Origin: Bacteroidales bacterium
Lineage (GTDB): Bacteria; Bacteroidota; Bacteroidia; Bacteroidales; UBA7960
Assembly: GCA_007131895.1 (NCBI GenBank)
Contig: SLPR01000254.1
Location: forward strand, 1-31,903
DNA length: 31,903 nucleotides
Reading direction: 5' to 3'
Part shown: positions 1-7,659 of the stretch, one piece after another
Numbering within the stretch: the first letter of the stretch is position 1
Layout of the letters: every line of letters starts with the position of its first letter
Program-made: the position numbers and the translations under genes
The notes under the pieces: model-generated
Told to the model about the DNA's origin: nothing
What the model saw: the letters and a program-made list of their open reading frames with translations, nothing else
Database searches by the model: none

Positions 1-7
1 TTATTGC

Positions 8-50
8 AATGGTCACTTTTGTCCTTAAAAGGCAAGAGTGGCCATTTTTT
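8..50 (+). terminator. Intrinsic terminator of an upstream gene outside the window
   Basis: Imperfect hairpin AATGGTCACTTTTGTCCTT / AAGGCAAGAGTGGCCATT followed by a T-run ending at 50. Confidence 0.6.
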
Positions 51-76
51 GTGACGGGCCACTTCCAGTGAGCCCG

Positions 77-128
77 CCCGCTACTCTCCGCTCCGTGGTC
101 TGACGACTTCCAGCTCGTCCGACCACTA
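77..128. repeat. REP-like palindromic repeat family A, copy 1
   Basis: Hairpin GTGGTCTGACGA-N8-TCGTCCGACCAC at 95-126 with a CCCGCTA...GCTCC leader; near-identical to 256-307. Confidence 0.8.
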
Positions 129-137
129 CTCCAGATA

Positions 138-210
138 GCGACTAAAAATATAAAACTTTCAGAATACATCCATAATTACGAGAAAGCGGAAATTGTATTT
201 CCGCTTAACA
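138..210. repeat. About 70-bp repeat family B, copy 1, ending in palindrome AGCGGAAAT-N3-ATTTCCGCT
   Basis: GCGACTAAAAA...TTCAGAATACATC.ATAAT.A.GAGAAAGC.GAAAT...ATTTCCGCT is repeated at 420-492; perfect palindrome at 185-205. Confidence 0.8.
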
Positions 211-255
211 GGGGGGCTTCCCCCGCTAAGCTGCATTTTACAACAGTGACACCGT

Positions 256-307
256 CCCGCTAATCTCTGCTCCGTGGTCTGACGACTTTTAGCTCGTCCG
301 ACCACTA
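256..307. repeat. REP-like palindromic repeat family A, copy 2
   Basis: Hairpin GTGGTCTGACGA-N8-TCGTCCGACCAC at 274-305; near-identical to 77-128. Confidence 0.8.
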
Positions 308-419
308 AACCCCCGCTAAGCGGCATTTAACTTCGTTGAGCTCCCTTCGGTCGGTTGTAATGCCCTTTGGAACACGGTTGAATTTGTAATTCAACAAAAT
401 ACATTACGGCTTTTCCATG

Positions 420-545
420 GCGACTAAAAAGACGATACCTTCAGAATACATCAATAATAAAGAGAAAGCAGAAATGCAATTTCCGCTCAGCGGCGAATAC
501 AACGAAAAAAAAGATAGCGGAAATACAATTTCCGCTTAGCAGAGG
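420..545. repeat. Repeat family B, copy 2, plus a third isolated palindrome
   Basis: Diverged 70-bp copy at 420-492 (palindrome 467-487, one mismatch) and perfect AGCGGAAAT-ACA-ATTTCCGCT at 516-536. Confidence 0.8.
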
Positions 546-565
546 CTTACAATCCAATAAATCTT

Positions 566-573
566 TACCTTTG
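566..573 (+). promoter_or_regulatory. Bacteroidota sigma-A -7 element (TACCTTTG) for the cvfB-like gene
   Basis: Exact TAnnTTTG match ending 6 nt before ATG at 580. Confidence 0.6.
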
Positions 574-579
574 CCTATT

Positions 580-1422
580 ATGGAGATAAAAATCGGACAA
601 TACAATACCATGAGGGTGGTGAAAACCCTTGATTTTGGCATTTACCTCGATGGAGGTGAAATGGGTGAAATTCTTATGCCTACCAAATGGGTGCCTGAAG
701 GAACGGAGCCTGAGGATGAAGTGGAAGTGTTTATCTACTTTGACTCAGAAGACCGTCCCATTGCCACCACTACAAAACCCAAAGCTCAGGTGGGTGAATT
801 TGCATGGATGAAGGTGAAGGCCGTTGACCGCATCGGTGCCTTTCTTGACTGGGGGCTGGACAAGGATTTGCTGGTGCCTTTCAAAGAGCAGAACGCCAAA
901 ATGGAAGAGGGACGTTCTTACCTGGTATATCTTTATGTAGATACCCGAAGCAATCGTATTGCTGCTTCTGCAAGGCTCGAAAAATACCTGGATATTGAAC
1001 CTGTGGATTATACCCCGGGGCAGGAAGTTGATCTGATCATCTGGACACGCACCGATATAGGTTACAAGGCCATCATCAACCAGAAACACCAGGGTTTGTT
1101 GTATACCAATGAGATTTTTCAGGATATAAGACCGGGGCAAAAACTCAAAGGGTATATTTCGCAACTAAGGCCGGATGGTAAAATTGACCTTAAGCTGCAG
1201 CAGTCGGGATATGAAAATGTGATTGATGATTTTTCAAAAAAGCTTATCGTTACCCTCAAGGCCAATGAGGGATTTTTACCCATTACCGACAAAAGTTCTC
1301 CGGAAGAGATATACCGAACCTTGCAAATGAGCAAGAAAAACTTTAAAAAAGCGGTGGGCTCTCTCTATAAGCAACGAATCATTTCTATCAATGAAACAGG
1401 AATCGGACTAGTCAATCAATGA
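580..1422 (+). CDS. cvfB: CvfB/YitL-family S1-domain RNA-binding protein
   Basis: Tandem S1-like repeats (GIYLDGG, GAFLDWGLDKDLLVP, GYKAII) and C-terminal winged-helix segment (LQMSKKNFKKAVGSLYKQ). ATG 580 preferred over TTG 571, which lies inside the -7 element. Confidence 0.9.
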   Translation: MEIKIGQYNTMRVVKTLDFGIYLDGGEMGEILMPTKWVPEGTEPEDEVEVFIYFDSEDRPIATTTKPKAQVGEFAWMKVKAVDRIGAFLDWGLDKDLLVPFKEQNAKMEEGRSYLVYLYVDTRSNRIAASARLEKYLDIEPVDYTPGQEVDLIIWTRTDIGYKAIINQKHQGLLYTNEIFQDIRPGQKLKGYISQLRPDGKIDLKLQQSGYENVIDDFSKKLIVTLKANEGFLPITDKSSPEEIYRTLQMSKKNFKKAVGSLYKQRIISINETGIGLVNQ

Positions 1423-1490
1423 AATTATTGGTTCTGTTGAGCAATTCAACAAATTGTTTGTTGTAGAAGTGAACCTTTAATACTATAACT

Positions 1491-1748
1491 ATGGCAAAAC
1501 TGTTTAAATATATCTGGAAAAAAAGCGAGTACTTTTTGTTTACCATTTTTTTTGTAATGATGTCGCTTATTGCGCAATCCCAGGCACCCACACACATCCC
1601 CCGTGAACAAACGCGCCCGGTAGATTTTCTTGAATCAACTGAAAATATCGTATTTTTCATTGTTATTCCTGTTTTGATTGTTATTCTCTATCTTGTGTGG
1701 AGAAGAAACTTAAGAAAACAAAGGGAAGAAGAGGAGAAAAAACAATAG
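1491..1748 (+). CDS. Small membrane protein of unknown function
   Basis: 85 aa; N-terminal hydrophobic signal-like segment, Pro-rich linker, TM helix (IVFFIVIPVLIVILYLVW), charged tail; 3 bp before mscS. Confidence 0.75.
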   Translation: MAKLFKYIWKKSEYFLFTIFFVMMSLIAQSQAPTHIPREQTRPVDFLESTENIVFFIVIPVLIVILYLVWRRNLRKQREEEEKKQ

Positions 1749-1751
1749 ACC

Positions 1752-2567
1752 ATGAGCAATTTCTTTCAGGATATTCTGGCTGAAGTGCATCAGTATTATG
1801 ATGGACTGGTAGCCTTTTTTCCACGGTTGTTGATGGGAATTATCATTCTTGTGGTTACCTGGGTTATCTCGCGACAAATACGCAATGCAGCAGACCGCAG
1901 ATTAAAGAAGCAAATGGAAGATCCACTGCTGGCAGAGTTTCTTGCTACCATGGCCCGTGCATTGGTTTTTATTTTCGGGCTGCTGTTTGCCTTAAAAGCA
2001 TTGGGTCTTGGAGGAATCACTGCGAGCATATTGGCCGGTGCGGGTATCACTGCCTTTATCATTGGATTTGCCTTGCGCGATATTGGCGAAAATTTTCTTG
2101 CCGGTATACTTTTGGCTTTCAAAAGACCCTTCAGGGTTGGTGATTTTATTGAAACCGGAGCCACCAAAGGACGCGTTATTAGTCTCAATATCAGGGACAC
2201 GCACTTGAAAACTCCGGATGGTAAAGATGTGTATGTGCCCAATGCTCAGTTTATCAAAATACCCCTGATTAACTATACGATTGATGGGTTTCTCAGGTAT
2301 GACTTTGTGTTAGGTATACCCACTTCGGCTGATTATGAAAAGGCCATGAACGACATTGCTTCATCAGTTAACTCCATAGAGGGGGTTATCCAGAGAAGGA
2401 GAAAGACGCAGGTTTTTGTTTCGGGCATTGCTCCCGGAAGAGTGGATGTAACGGTCAGTTTCTGGATCGATACATTTAAAATCCGGACTACTGCCGATGT
2501 GATACGCTCTGAGGTCTTTAAAAAGGTACAGGCTGAAGTGGATAAGCTTGCAGGGGACAAATCCTGA
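1752..2567 (+). CDS. mscS: Small-conductance mechanosensitive channel (MscS family)
   Basis: Three TM helices, GAGITAFIIGFALRD (TM3), KRPFRVGDFIE, G.V.SLNIRDT, VYVPNAQF motifs. Confidence 0.92.
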   Translation: MSNFFQDILAEVHQYYDGLVAFFPRLLMGIIILVVTWVISRQIRNAADRRLKKQMEDPLLAEFLATMARALVFIFGLLFALKALGLGGITASILAGAGITAFIIGFALRDIGENFLAGILLAFKRPFRVGDFIETGATKGRVISLNIRDTHLKTPDGKDVYVPNAQFIKIPLINYTIDGFLRYDFVLGIPTSADYEKAMNDIASSVNSIEGVIQRRRKTQVFVSGIAPGRVDVTVSFWIDTFKIRTTADVIRSEVFKKVQAEVDKLAGDKS

Positions 2568-2601
2568 TTACACTCATTGTCCGGTTTTCTGAAAACACAC
2601 T

Positions 2602-3441
2602 TTATCTGGATGCATTTTTCTTAACTCCAATGCCGGCAGTAATACGGTCGAGAATAATGGCCAGGATGACTACCACAAGACCGGCTTCAAAACCTTGTCC
2701 TACCTGCAATCTCTGGATACCCCGCAATACATCTTCTCCCAGTCCTCCCGCTCCAATCATGGCAGCAATTACTACCATCGACAATCCCAGCATGATAGAC
2801 TGATTCACCCCTGCCAGGATGGTTGGTTTGGCCACGGGGATTTGCACCCTCATAAGTTTCTGAAATTCGGTGGCTCCAAAAGCATCTGCTGCTTCCACCA
2901 GTTCAACGGGTACTTGCCGTATGCCCAGGTTGGTCAGGCGGATAAGCGGAGGCAAGGCAAACACGAAAGTAGCTACGACTCCCGGCACCAGTCCCAATCC
3001 GAAAAACATTACCGCAGGTATGAGGTAAACAAATGCAGGCATGGTTTGCATAAAGTCGAGGATTGGGCGTAGAATGGCATTGAAGCGATCGCTGCGCGCA
3101 GCCCATATTCCTAAAGGTAGCCCCACAAGAATCACAATAATTTCTGCTGATAGTACCAGGGCGAGGGTTTCCACAAAGGCTTCCCATAAACCGATGTTTT
3201 CGCTCAACAACAGGCCAAGAAAGGCGATGATGCTGTTCTTCCAGCCTGCCATATACCAGGTTATGCCTGTAATGATGAGTATTAGCACAATGGGAGGGAG
3301 AAAAAGCATCCCCTCTTTGAGGTTATCAACCAGAAAATAGATGAATGCACTGAAACCGTCAAAAACTGGTCCCAGCTCCCTCTCCAGGTATTCAACTGCA
3401 GTGGTAACCCAGTCTCTTAATGGAATTCTATAAGGAAACAT
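2602..3441 (-). CDS. proW: Glycine betaine/proline betaine ABC transporter permease (ProW/OpuAB)
   Basis: RPILDFMQTMPAFVYLIP and EAA loop (ELVEAADAFGAT..QKL..VQIP), QSIMLGLSMVVIAAMIGAGGLG. Confidence 0.95.
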   Translation of the reverse strand: MFPYRIPLRDWVTTAVEYLERELGPVFDGFSAFIYFLVDNLKEGMLFLPPIVLILIITGITWYMAGWKNSIIAFLGLLLSENIGLWEAFVETLALVLSAEIIVILVGLPLGIWAARSDRFNAILRPILDFMQTMPAFVYLIPAVMFFGLGLVPGVVATFVFALPPLIRLTNLGIRQVPVELVEAADAFGATEFQKLMRVQIPVAKPTILAGVNQSIMLGLSMVVIAAMIGAGGLGEDVLRGIQRLQVGQGFEAGLVVVILAIILDRITAGIGVKKNASR

Positions 3442-3563
3442 AATGTTGAAAATTTAAAGTTTTATAGTAATGGGGACATTTTACTGTGCCGGAAAGGCTG
3501 TGTGATGATTAAAAAGCTATAGCCAGTGATTTTTTATGTTCCGGGTTTAGAAAGTGTTGGTTT

Positions 3564-4790
3564 TTATGTTTTTCCGTTTTCTCCGGGAATATATGATTCT
3601 GAAAGTGCTGCTATTACAGCTCCTTTTACAATTACCCCTTTGACTTTATTTTGTTTGTCAACCACTGCAATGGGGCCGAATTCATGGTCGGTGTACATAT
3701 TGATGATCTCGTTAAGAGGAGTATTTTCTTCTACGCTGGCGGGTTCATGCAGCAGTCCTTCATTCATTGGAATATTTTCAGCGTCTTTGTTTTTATTGAT
3801 ATAGTCTGCAAGCTCAGAGGCCCTTATGTAGGCTTTGAGCTCTTTGCGGGTGTTGGTCATAAGGATGCCGGTGAGGCCCTTTTTACGGATTTTGCGCAGG
3901 ATGGTCCTTGGTCCATCCCCCTCAAAAGCGGTATCTTCAACAGGTTGCATTACCGATGCAGCAGTGAATATGGCAGATCTGTCCATATCGACTACAAAAG
4001 CTTTTACATAGTCATTGGCCGGCCGGGAGATGATTTCTTCGGCTGTGCCGATCTGTACGATTCCCCCGTCATCCATGATTGCGATTCGGTTACCCAGCCG
4101 AAAGGCTTCATCCAGATCATGAGTAACAAAAATGATGGTTTTTTGCATACGATCCTGGATTTCCAGCAATTCGTCCTGCATTTGCCTGCGAATGATGGGA
4201 TCCAGCGCACTGAAGGCTTCATCCATCAGCAGGATATCAGCATCTACTGCCAGCCCGCGAGCCAGGCCTACCCTTTGCTGCATACCACCAGAAAGTTCAT
4301 CAGGATAGCTGTTCTCGTGCCCTTCCAATCCTACCAGTTTGATCACCTCTATCGCTTTTTTGGCTCTCGTTGGCTTGTCTACTGATTGAAGTTCCAGCCC
4401 AAACTCAACATTTTCCTGCACGGTGAGATGGGGCAGGATAGCAAAGTTCTGAAATACCATCCCACAGAAATGCTTGCGGCGAAAATTGCGCAATTCTTTC
4501 TTGTTTAGTTTGGTGATGTCGGTTCCGTCGATAATAATTTCTCCCTGGCTGGGCTCGTGCAAGCGGTTGAGCAATCGCTGAAGAGTAGATTTGCCGCTTC
4601 CTGAAAGCCCCATAAGTACAAATATTTCGCTCTTTTTCACCGAAAAAGACACATCATATACACCCACCTTCTGATTCAATTCACGAAGGATGTCATTTTT
4701 CGATTTGCCTTTTTTGAGTTCCCCAATCGCTTTTTCGGGGTTTTTACCAAATATCTTTGATAGATTCTTTACTATTATTTTATCTTCCAT
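3564..4790 (-). CDS. proV: Glycine betaine ABC transporter ATP-binding subunit with C-terminal CBS pair (ProV/OpuAA)
   Basis: Walker A GLSGSGKST, signature LSGGMQQRV, Walker B LLMDEAFSALDP, C-terminal CBS-like domains. Confidence 0.95.
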   Translation of the reverse strand: MEDKIIVKNLSKIFGKNPEKAIGELKKGKSKNDILRELNQKVGVYDVSFSVKKSEIFVLMGLSGSGKSTLQRLLNRLHEPSQGEIIIDGTDITKLNKKELRNFRRKHFCGMVFQNFAILPHLTVQENVEFGLELQSVDKPTRAKKAIEVIKLVGLEGHENSYPDELSGGMQQRVGLARGLAVDADILLMDEAFSALDPIIRRQMQDELLEIQDRMQKTIIFVTHDLDEAFRLGNRIAIMDDGGIVQIGTAEEIISRPANDYVKAFVVDMDRSAIFTAASVMQPVEDTAFEGDGPRTILRKIRKKGLTGILMTNTRKELKAYIRASELADYINKNKDAENIPMNEGLLHEPASVEENTPLNEIINMYTDHEFGPIAVVDKQNKVKGVIVKGAVIAALSESYIPGENGKT

Positions 4791-4873
4791 GATTGGTTTT
4801 ATAGAGTACGGATTGTTACCGGTTGAAACTGCCGGTAAGGGGCAAAATGAAAATGCCTGTTGACTTTGGATAG

Positions 4874-4915
4874 AAACACTGCCGGAAAATTTGCCCCATT
4901 CCGGCAGTGTTTTTA
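4874..4915. terminator. Strong 14-bp hairpin between proX and proV (terminator or mRNA-stabilising stem)
   Basis: AAACACTGCCGGAA (4874-4887) / TTCCGGCAGTGTTT (4899-4912); long T-run on the + side, only a short U-run in the sense (minus) direction. Confidence 0.6.
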
Positions 4916-4954
4916 TTTTGTCAGGACGAACCTAAAGAGGCATCAGGCATGATT

Positions 4955-5818
4955 TTATTGCAGCCATGCATTCACTTTTTCAGGGTTTTCGGCTATCCAC
5001 TGCCTGGCAGCGTCCATGGGTTCCATATCATCTTCAATGAGCATCATCACTTCTGCCATGTCATCGGGGGTCCAGTAGAAATTGTCCAGAAATGCAAATA
5101 CTTCCGGGGCTTTTGTCTGGAGATTAGGATGCACAATGGTGGCAATGTGTTCTTCTTCGCCTAGTGATAATTTGGGATCCTCCAGGTATTTGAGGTCGAA
5201 GGCAGCAAACTTCCAGTGGGGTGTCCATCCGGTAACTACTATCCATTCTTCTCTCTCAATGGCGCGTTGCAAGGCAGCAGTCATTGCTGCATCAGAGCCG
5301 GAAACCAGGCGGAAATTGTCCAGTTCATAATCTTCCATTACTTTTTCACTGGCAGCCATAAGGCCTGCGCCCGGATCAATGCCTATGATTTGTTCGTTGA
5401 ATTCTTCTGCATATTCATTGAGCTCATCAATGCTGTTTACAGGCACATACGAAGGCACCACCCATCCCAGGCGGGCACCCTCAAGATTTGGCCCCAGGTT
5501 GATAATATCATCAGCGGTTTGGTCGAGGTAAGCTTCGTGGGTCGTAGGCAGCCAGGCAGCTACGATGGCATCAAAGTCACCCCTGGCAACACCCATCCAC
5601 ATGGGGCCTGCATCTACAGCAGTAAGGGATACTTCTTCACCTAGTCTGTCTTCAATCACTGCTGCTACCACGTGGGTTGAAGCAATTTCAGAGTCCCATA
5701 AAACATATCCCAGTTTAATTTTTTCTGTTCGGGGTTCGCACGAGCTTATCATAAATAATACTCCTACCAATGCAAAACCTTTCAGCAGGTTTGAAATCGT
5801 TTTTTTTGTCATCATCAT
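4955..5818 (-). CDS. proX: Glycine betaine ABC substrate-binding lipoprotein (ProX/OpuAC-like)
   Basis: Lipobox MISSC; Trp-prism motifs LWDSEIAST, AAWLPTTH, GWTPHW. Start moved from ORF-track 5884 to the ATG run at 5818-5810 so the signal peptide begins the protein. Confidence 0.92.
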   Translation of the reverse strand: MMMTKKTISNLLKGFALVGVLFMISSCEPRTEKIKLGYVLWDSEIASTHVVAAVIEDRLGEEVSLTAVDAGPMWMGVARGDFDAIVAAWLPTTHEAYLDQTADDIINLGPNLEGARLGWVVPSYVPVNSIDELNEYAEEFNEQIIGIDPGAGLMAASEKVMEDYELDNFRLVSGSDAAMTAALQRAIEREEWIVVTGWTPHWKFAAFDLKYLEDPKLSLGEEEHIATIVHPNLQTKAPEVFAFLDNFYWTPDDMAEVMMLIEDDMEPMDAARQWIAENPEKVNAWLQ

Positions 5819-5968
5819 AATTGGTTTTTGAGGTTTGTGATAAAAATTTGTTGGGTGAGGTTTTTCCTGGCCGCTGGTGTACATAGCGTATTACACTTGA
5901 GGCTTCAAGAAAGCCATTTATATCCCAATCAAAAGAATTGTGTTGAAAAATATTTTTAAAACCGGGAA

Positions 5969-7231
5969 TTAGAAATAATACCCGATATTTACATTGAAGC
6001 GCAGGTTCCAGTTTACATCTTCCAGCGGGAGCGGTTTTCCTTCAGCGTCCAGATGTCCTGCACCCAATCCGGTTCCGAAGTAATCCGTAAGCCAGGGATG
6101 GTTTTTACCCAGGGCAAAATCAACATAGGTATAAATGTTTCCTGCCGTAATCATAAATCCGGGCACAATCATGTAAGAATTCTGGAAATTAAAATCAGCA
6201 TCCCCGGGAATTAAACTTCCATCTTTGGTCATCATGGAATAATCAAAATAGGGGAGGATGTTGCTGATGGGCCCCCATTGCACCGGTATGCTATAGGCTA
6301 AACCCGCAGTGATGAGTGAACCTCTTGCCGCAACTCCGTCGCCATAATAAGGGTCGCCATAAGCACCCATTTGCACGCGATTGAGGGTATTGCCCTCGTC
6401 GTCACGCGCTTTATAGTCGTAAGATGTATATTGCAGTTTGAGGTTGAAGCCGGAGAAATCAGAGTTCAGATGTACGGCCCATGCATTGCCATAGTCTGTT
6501 TCCTGCAACACTGAGTTGTAAAGCCCTTTAATCTGACCGGAAAATCCCAGTTGTGTACCGTCGAAAATTTCGTAGGCCGCACGCAGGTTAAACTGGTTCA
6601 TCTCACGGATAGACGAGGTGGCTCCCGACTCCGATAGAACGCCGTCGGTGTCGGGTATCACATTGTAGGAATAAGTCCCCGCTCCGGGTCCTCCAAAGCT
6701 GGCGCTGCCATAAGCAGGCCCTGCAGGCTCTGCTTGCCTGAAATAAGCAAAGGAAATATCCAGCTTCTCTGAAGCAGCATAATTGAATTTGATCCCCATG
6801 TTATAGTCATCCTCCAGCCCTAAATAATAGGGCATGAGAAACCACCAGCTGTGGGAGTTGTAGGTAAGATTCCCAAAGGGAACCTGCGTGACCCCCAATT
6901 GCATTTCAAGGTCCTCGTTAAAGTTGTATCCCAGAAATCCATGGTGAATAAAATGGGTGTTGAAGGTGGGATAAAACCGGTACTCAAAATCGAGTACAAC
7001 ACCACTGTAGCGTGCTGCAACGTTAAGCCTCCAGGTGTCGAAAGTGGCATAAGTACTGGTGGGAGTACGGGCACTTTCATAATTCTGACTTACCACGTTG
7101 ATGCGGAATGCACCGCCAATTCTCAGATAATCTTCATCTTCTGTCTCCTGTGCAAAAGAGGGTAAAGAGATGAAGCTTACACAAAGAAGAATAAATAGTT
7201 TTGTCAACAAATTTTTCGTAAAGATTCTCAT
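5969..7231 (-). CDS. Uncharacterised outer-membrane beta-barrel (porin-like) protein
   Basis: Cleavable signal peptide (..LPSFA/QE), alternating aromatic beta-strand pattern, C-terminal beta-signal FNVNIGYYF; first gene of the proX-V-W run. Confidence 0.8.
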   Translation of the reverse strand: MRIFTKNLLTKLFILLCVSFISLPSFAQETEDEDYLRIGGAFRINVVSQNYESARTPTSTYATFDTWRLNVAARYSGVVLDFEYRFYPTFNTHFIHHGFLGYNFNEDLEMQLGVTQVPFGNLTYNSHSWWFLMPYYLGLEDDYNMGIKFNYAASEKLDISFAYFRQAEPAGPAYGSASFGGPGAGTYSYNVIPDTDGVLSESGATSSIREMNQFNLRAAYEIFDGTQLGFSGQIKGLYNSVLQETDYGNAWAVHLNSDFSGFNLKLQYTSYDYKARDDEGNTLNRVQMGAYGDPYYGDGVAARGSLITAGLAYSIPVQWGPISNILPYFDYSMMTKDGSLIPGDADFNFQNSYMIVPGFMITAGNIYTYVDFALGKNHPWLTDYFGTGLGAGHLDAEGKPLPLEDVNWNLRFNVNIGYYF

Positions 7232-7277
7232 AAATTTTAGGATTAATGAATACTATGAATAATTAAATGCTTGCGAA

Positions 7278-7285
7278 CAAACATA
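7278..7285 (-). promoter_or_regulatory. Proximal -7 element (TATGTTTG) for the porin-proXVW operon
   Basis: Exact TAnnTTTG on the minus strand, 46 nt upstream of ATG 7231. Confidence 0.45.
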
Positions 7286-7520
7286 CTATGAACTTACCTG
7301 GGAGGAAATTATGGTAATTGTAATTGCACAGCCGCGGCTGTCAGCTAGCAGGTTCTTGCAACTTTTATGGTTTGGTTTCATACATGCAGCAGGCATACAT
7401 GATGCATCTGATGTTTGTAAACAATAAAGATGTTGAAGAACTTTTACGAAGGCATGGCAGGTAGATGGTTCTCCGATAGTGAGGAGGTGAAAATCTGTAT
7501 TTTTCTGCCCGTTTGCAATG

Positions 7521-7528
7521 CAAATATA
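7521..7528 (-). promoter_or_regulatory. Distal -7 element (TATATTTG) pointing toward the porin operon
   Basis: Exact TAnnTTTG followed by CA on the minus strand. Confidence 0.5.
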
Positions 7529-7584
7529 AACATGTAAGGTTATATAGCACAATAAAACCGGTTTTTTTTTTGTAATCGTTTTTG

Positions 7585-7592
7585 TACATTTG
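7585..7592 (+). promoter_or_regulatory. -7 element (TACATTTG) for the BCCT-USP-SBP operon
   Basis: Exact TAnnTTTG, 67 nt upstream of ATG 7660, divergent from 7521-7528. Confidence 0.55.
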
Positions 7593-7659
7593 TCTGAAAA
7601 ACTATAAAAATTAAGAGCTTATAGTGATTTTTTATGGATAATATTTTATTATTTACAAT

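Noticed and set aside
77-545. Possible CRISPR array or integron attC cassette array
   Set aside because: Repeats belong to different families, spacing is irregular, spacers are not unique, there are no cas or integrase genes, and no cassette ORFs lie between the palindromes. CCGCTAAG lacks the attC RYYYAAC core.
441-641. 66-aa minus-strand ORF
   Set aside because: Overlaps the cvfB start and promoter and runs through repeat family B.
7286-7589. Short minus-strand ORFs (88 and 74 aa) in the porin-BCCT spacer
   Set aside because: They span the predicted divergent promoters, have Cys-rich atypical composition and no recognisable motif.
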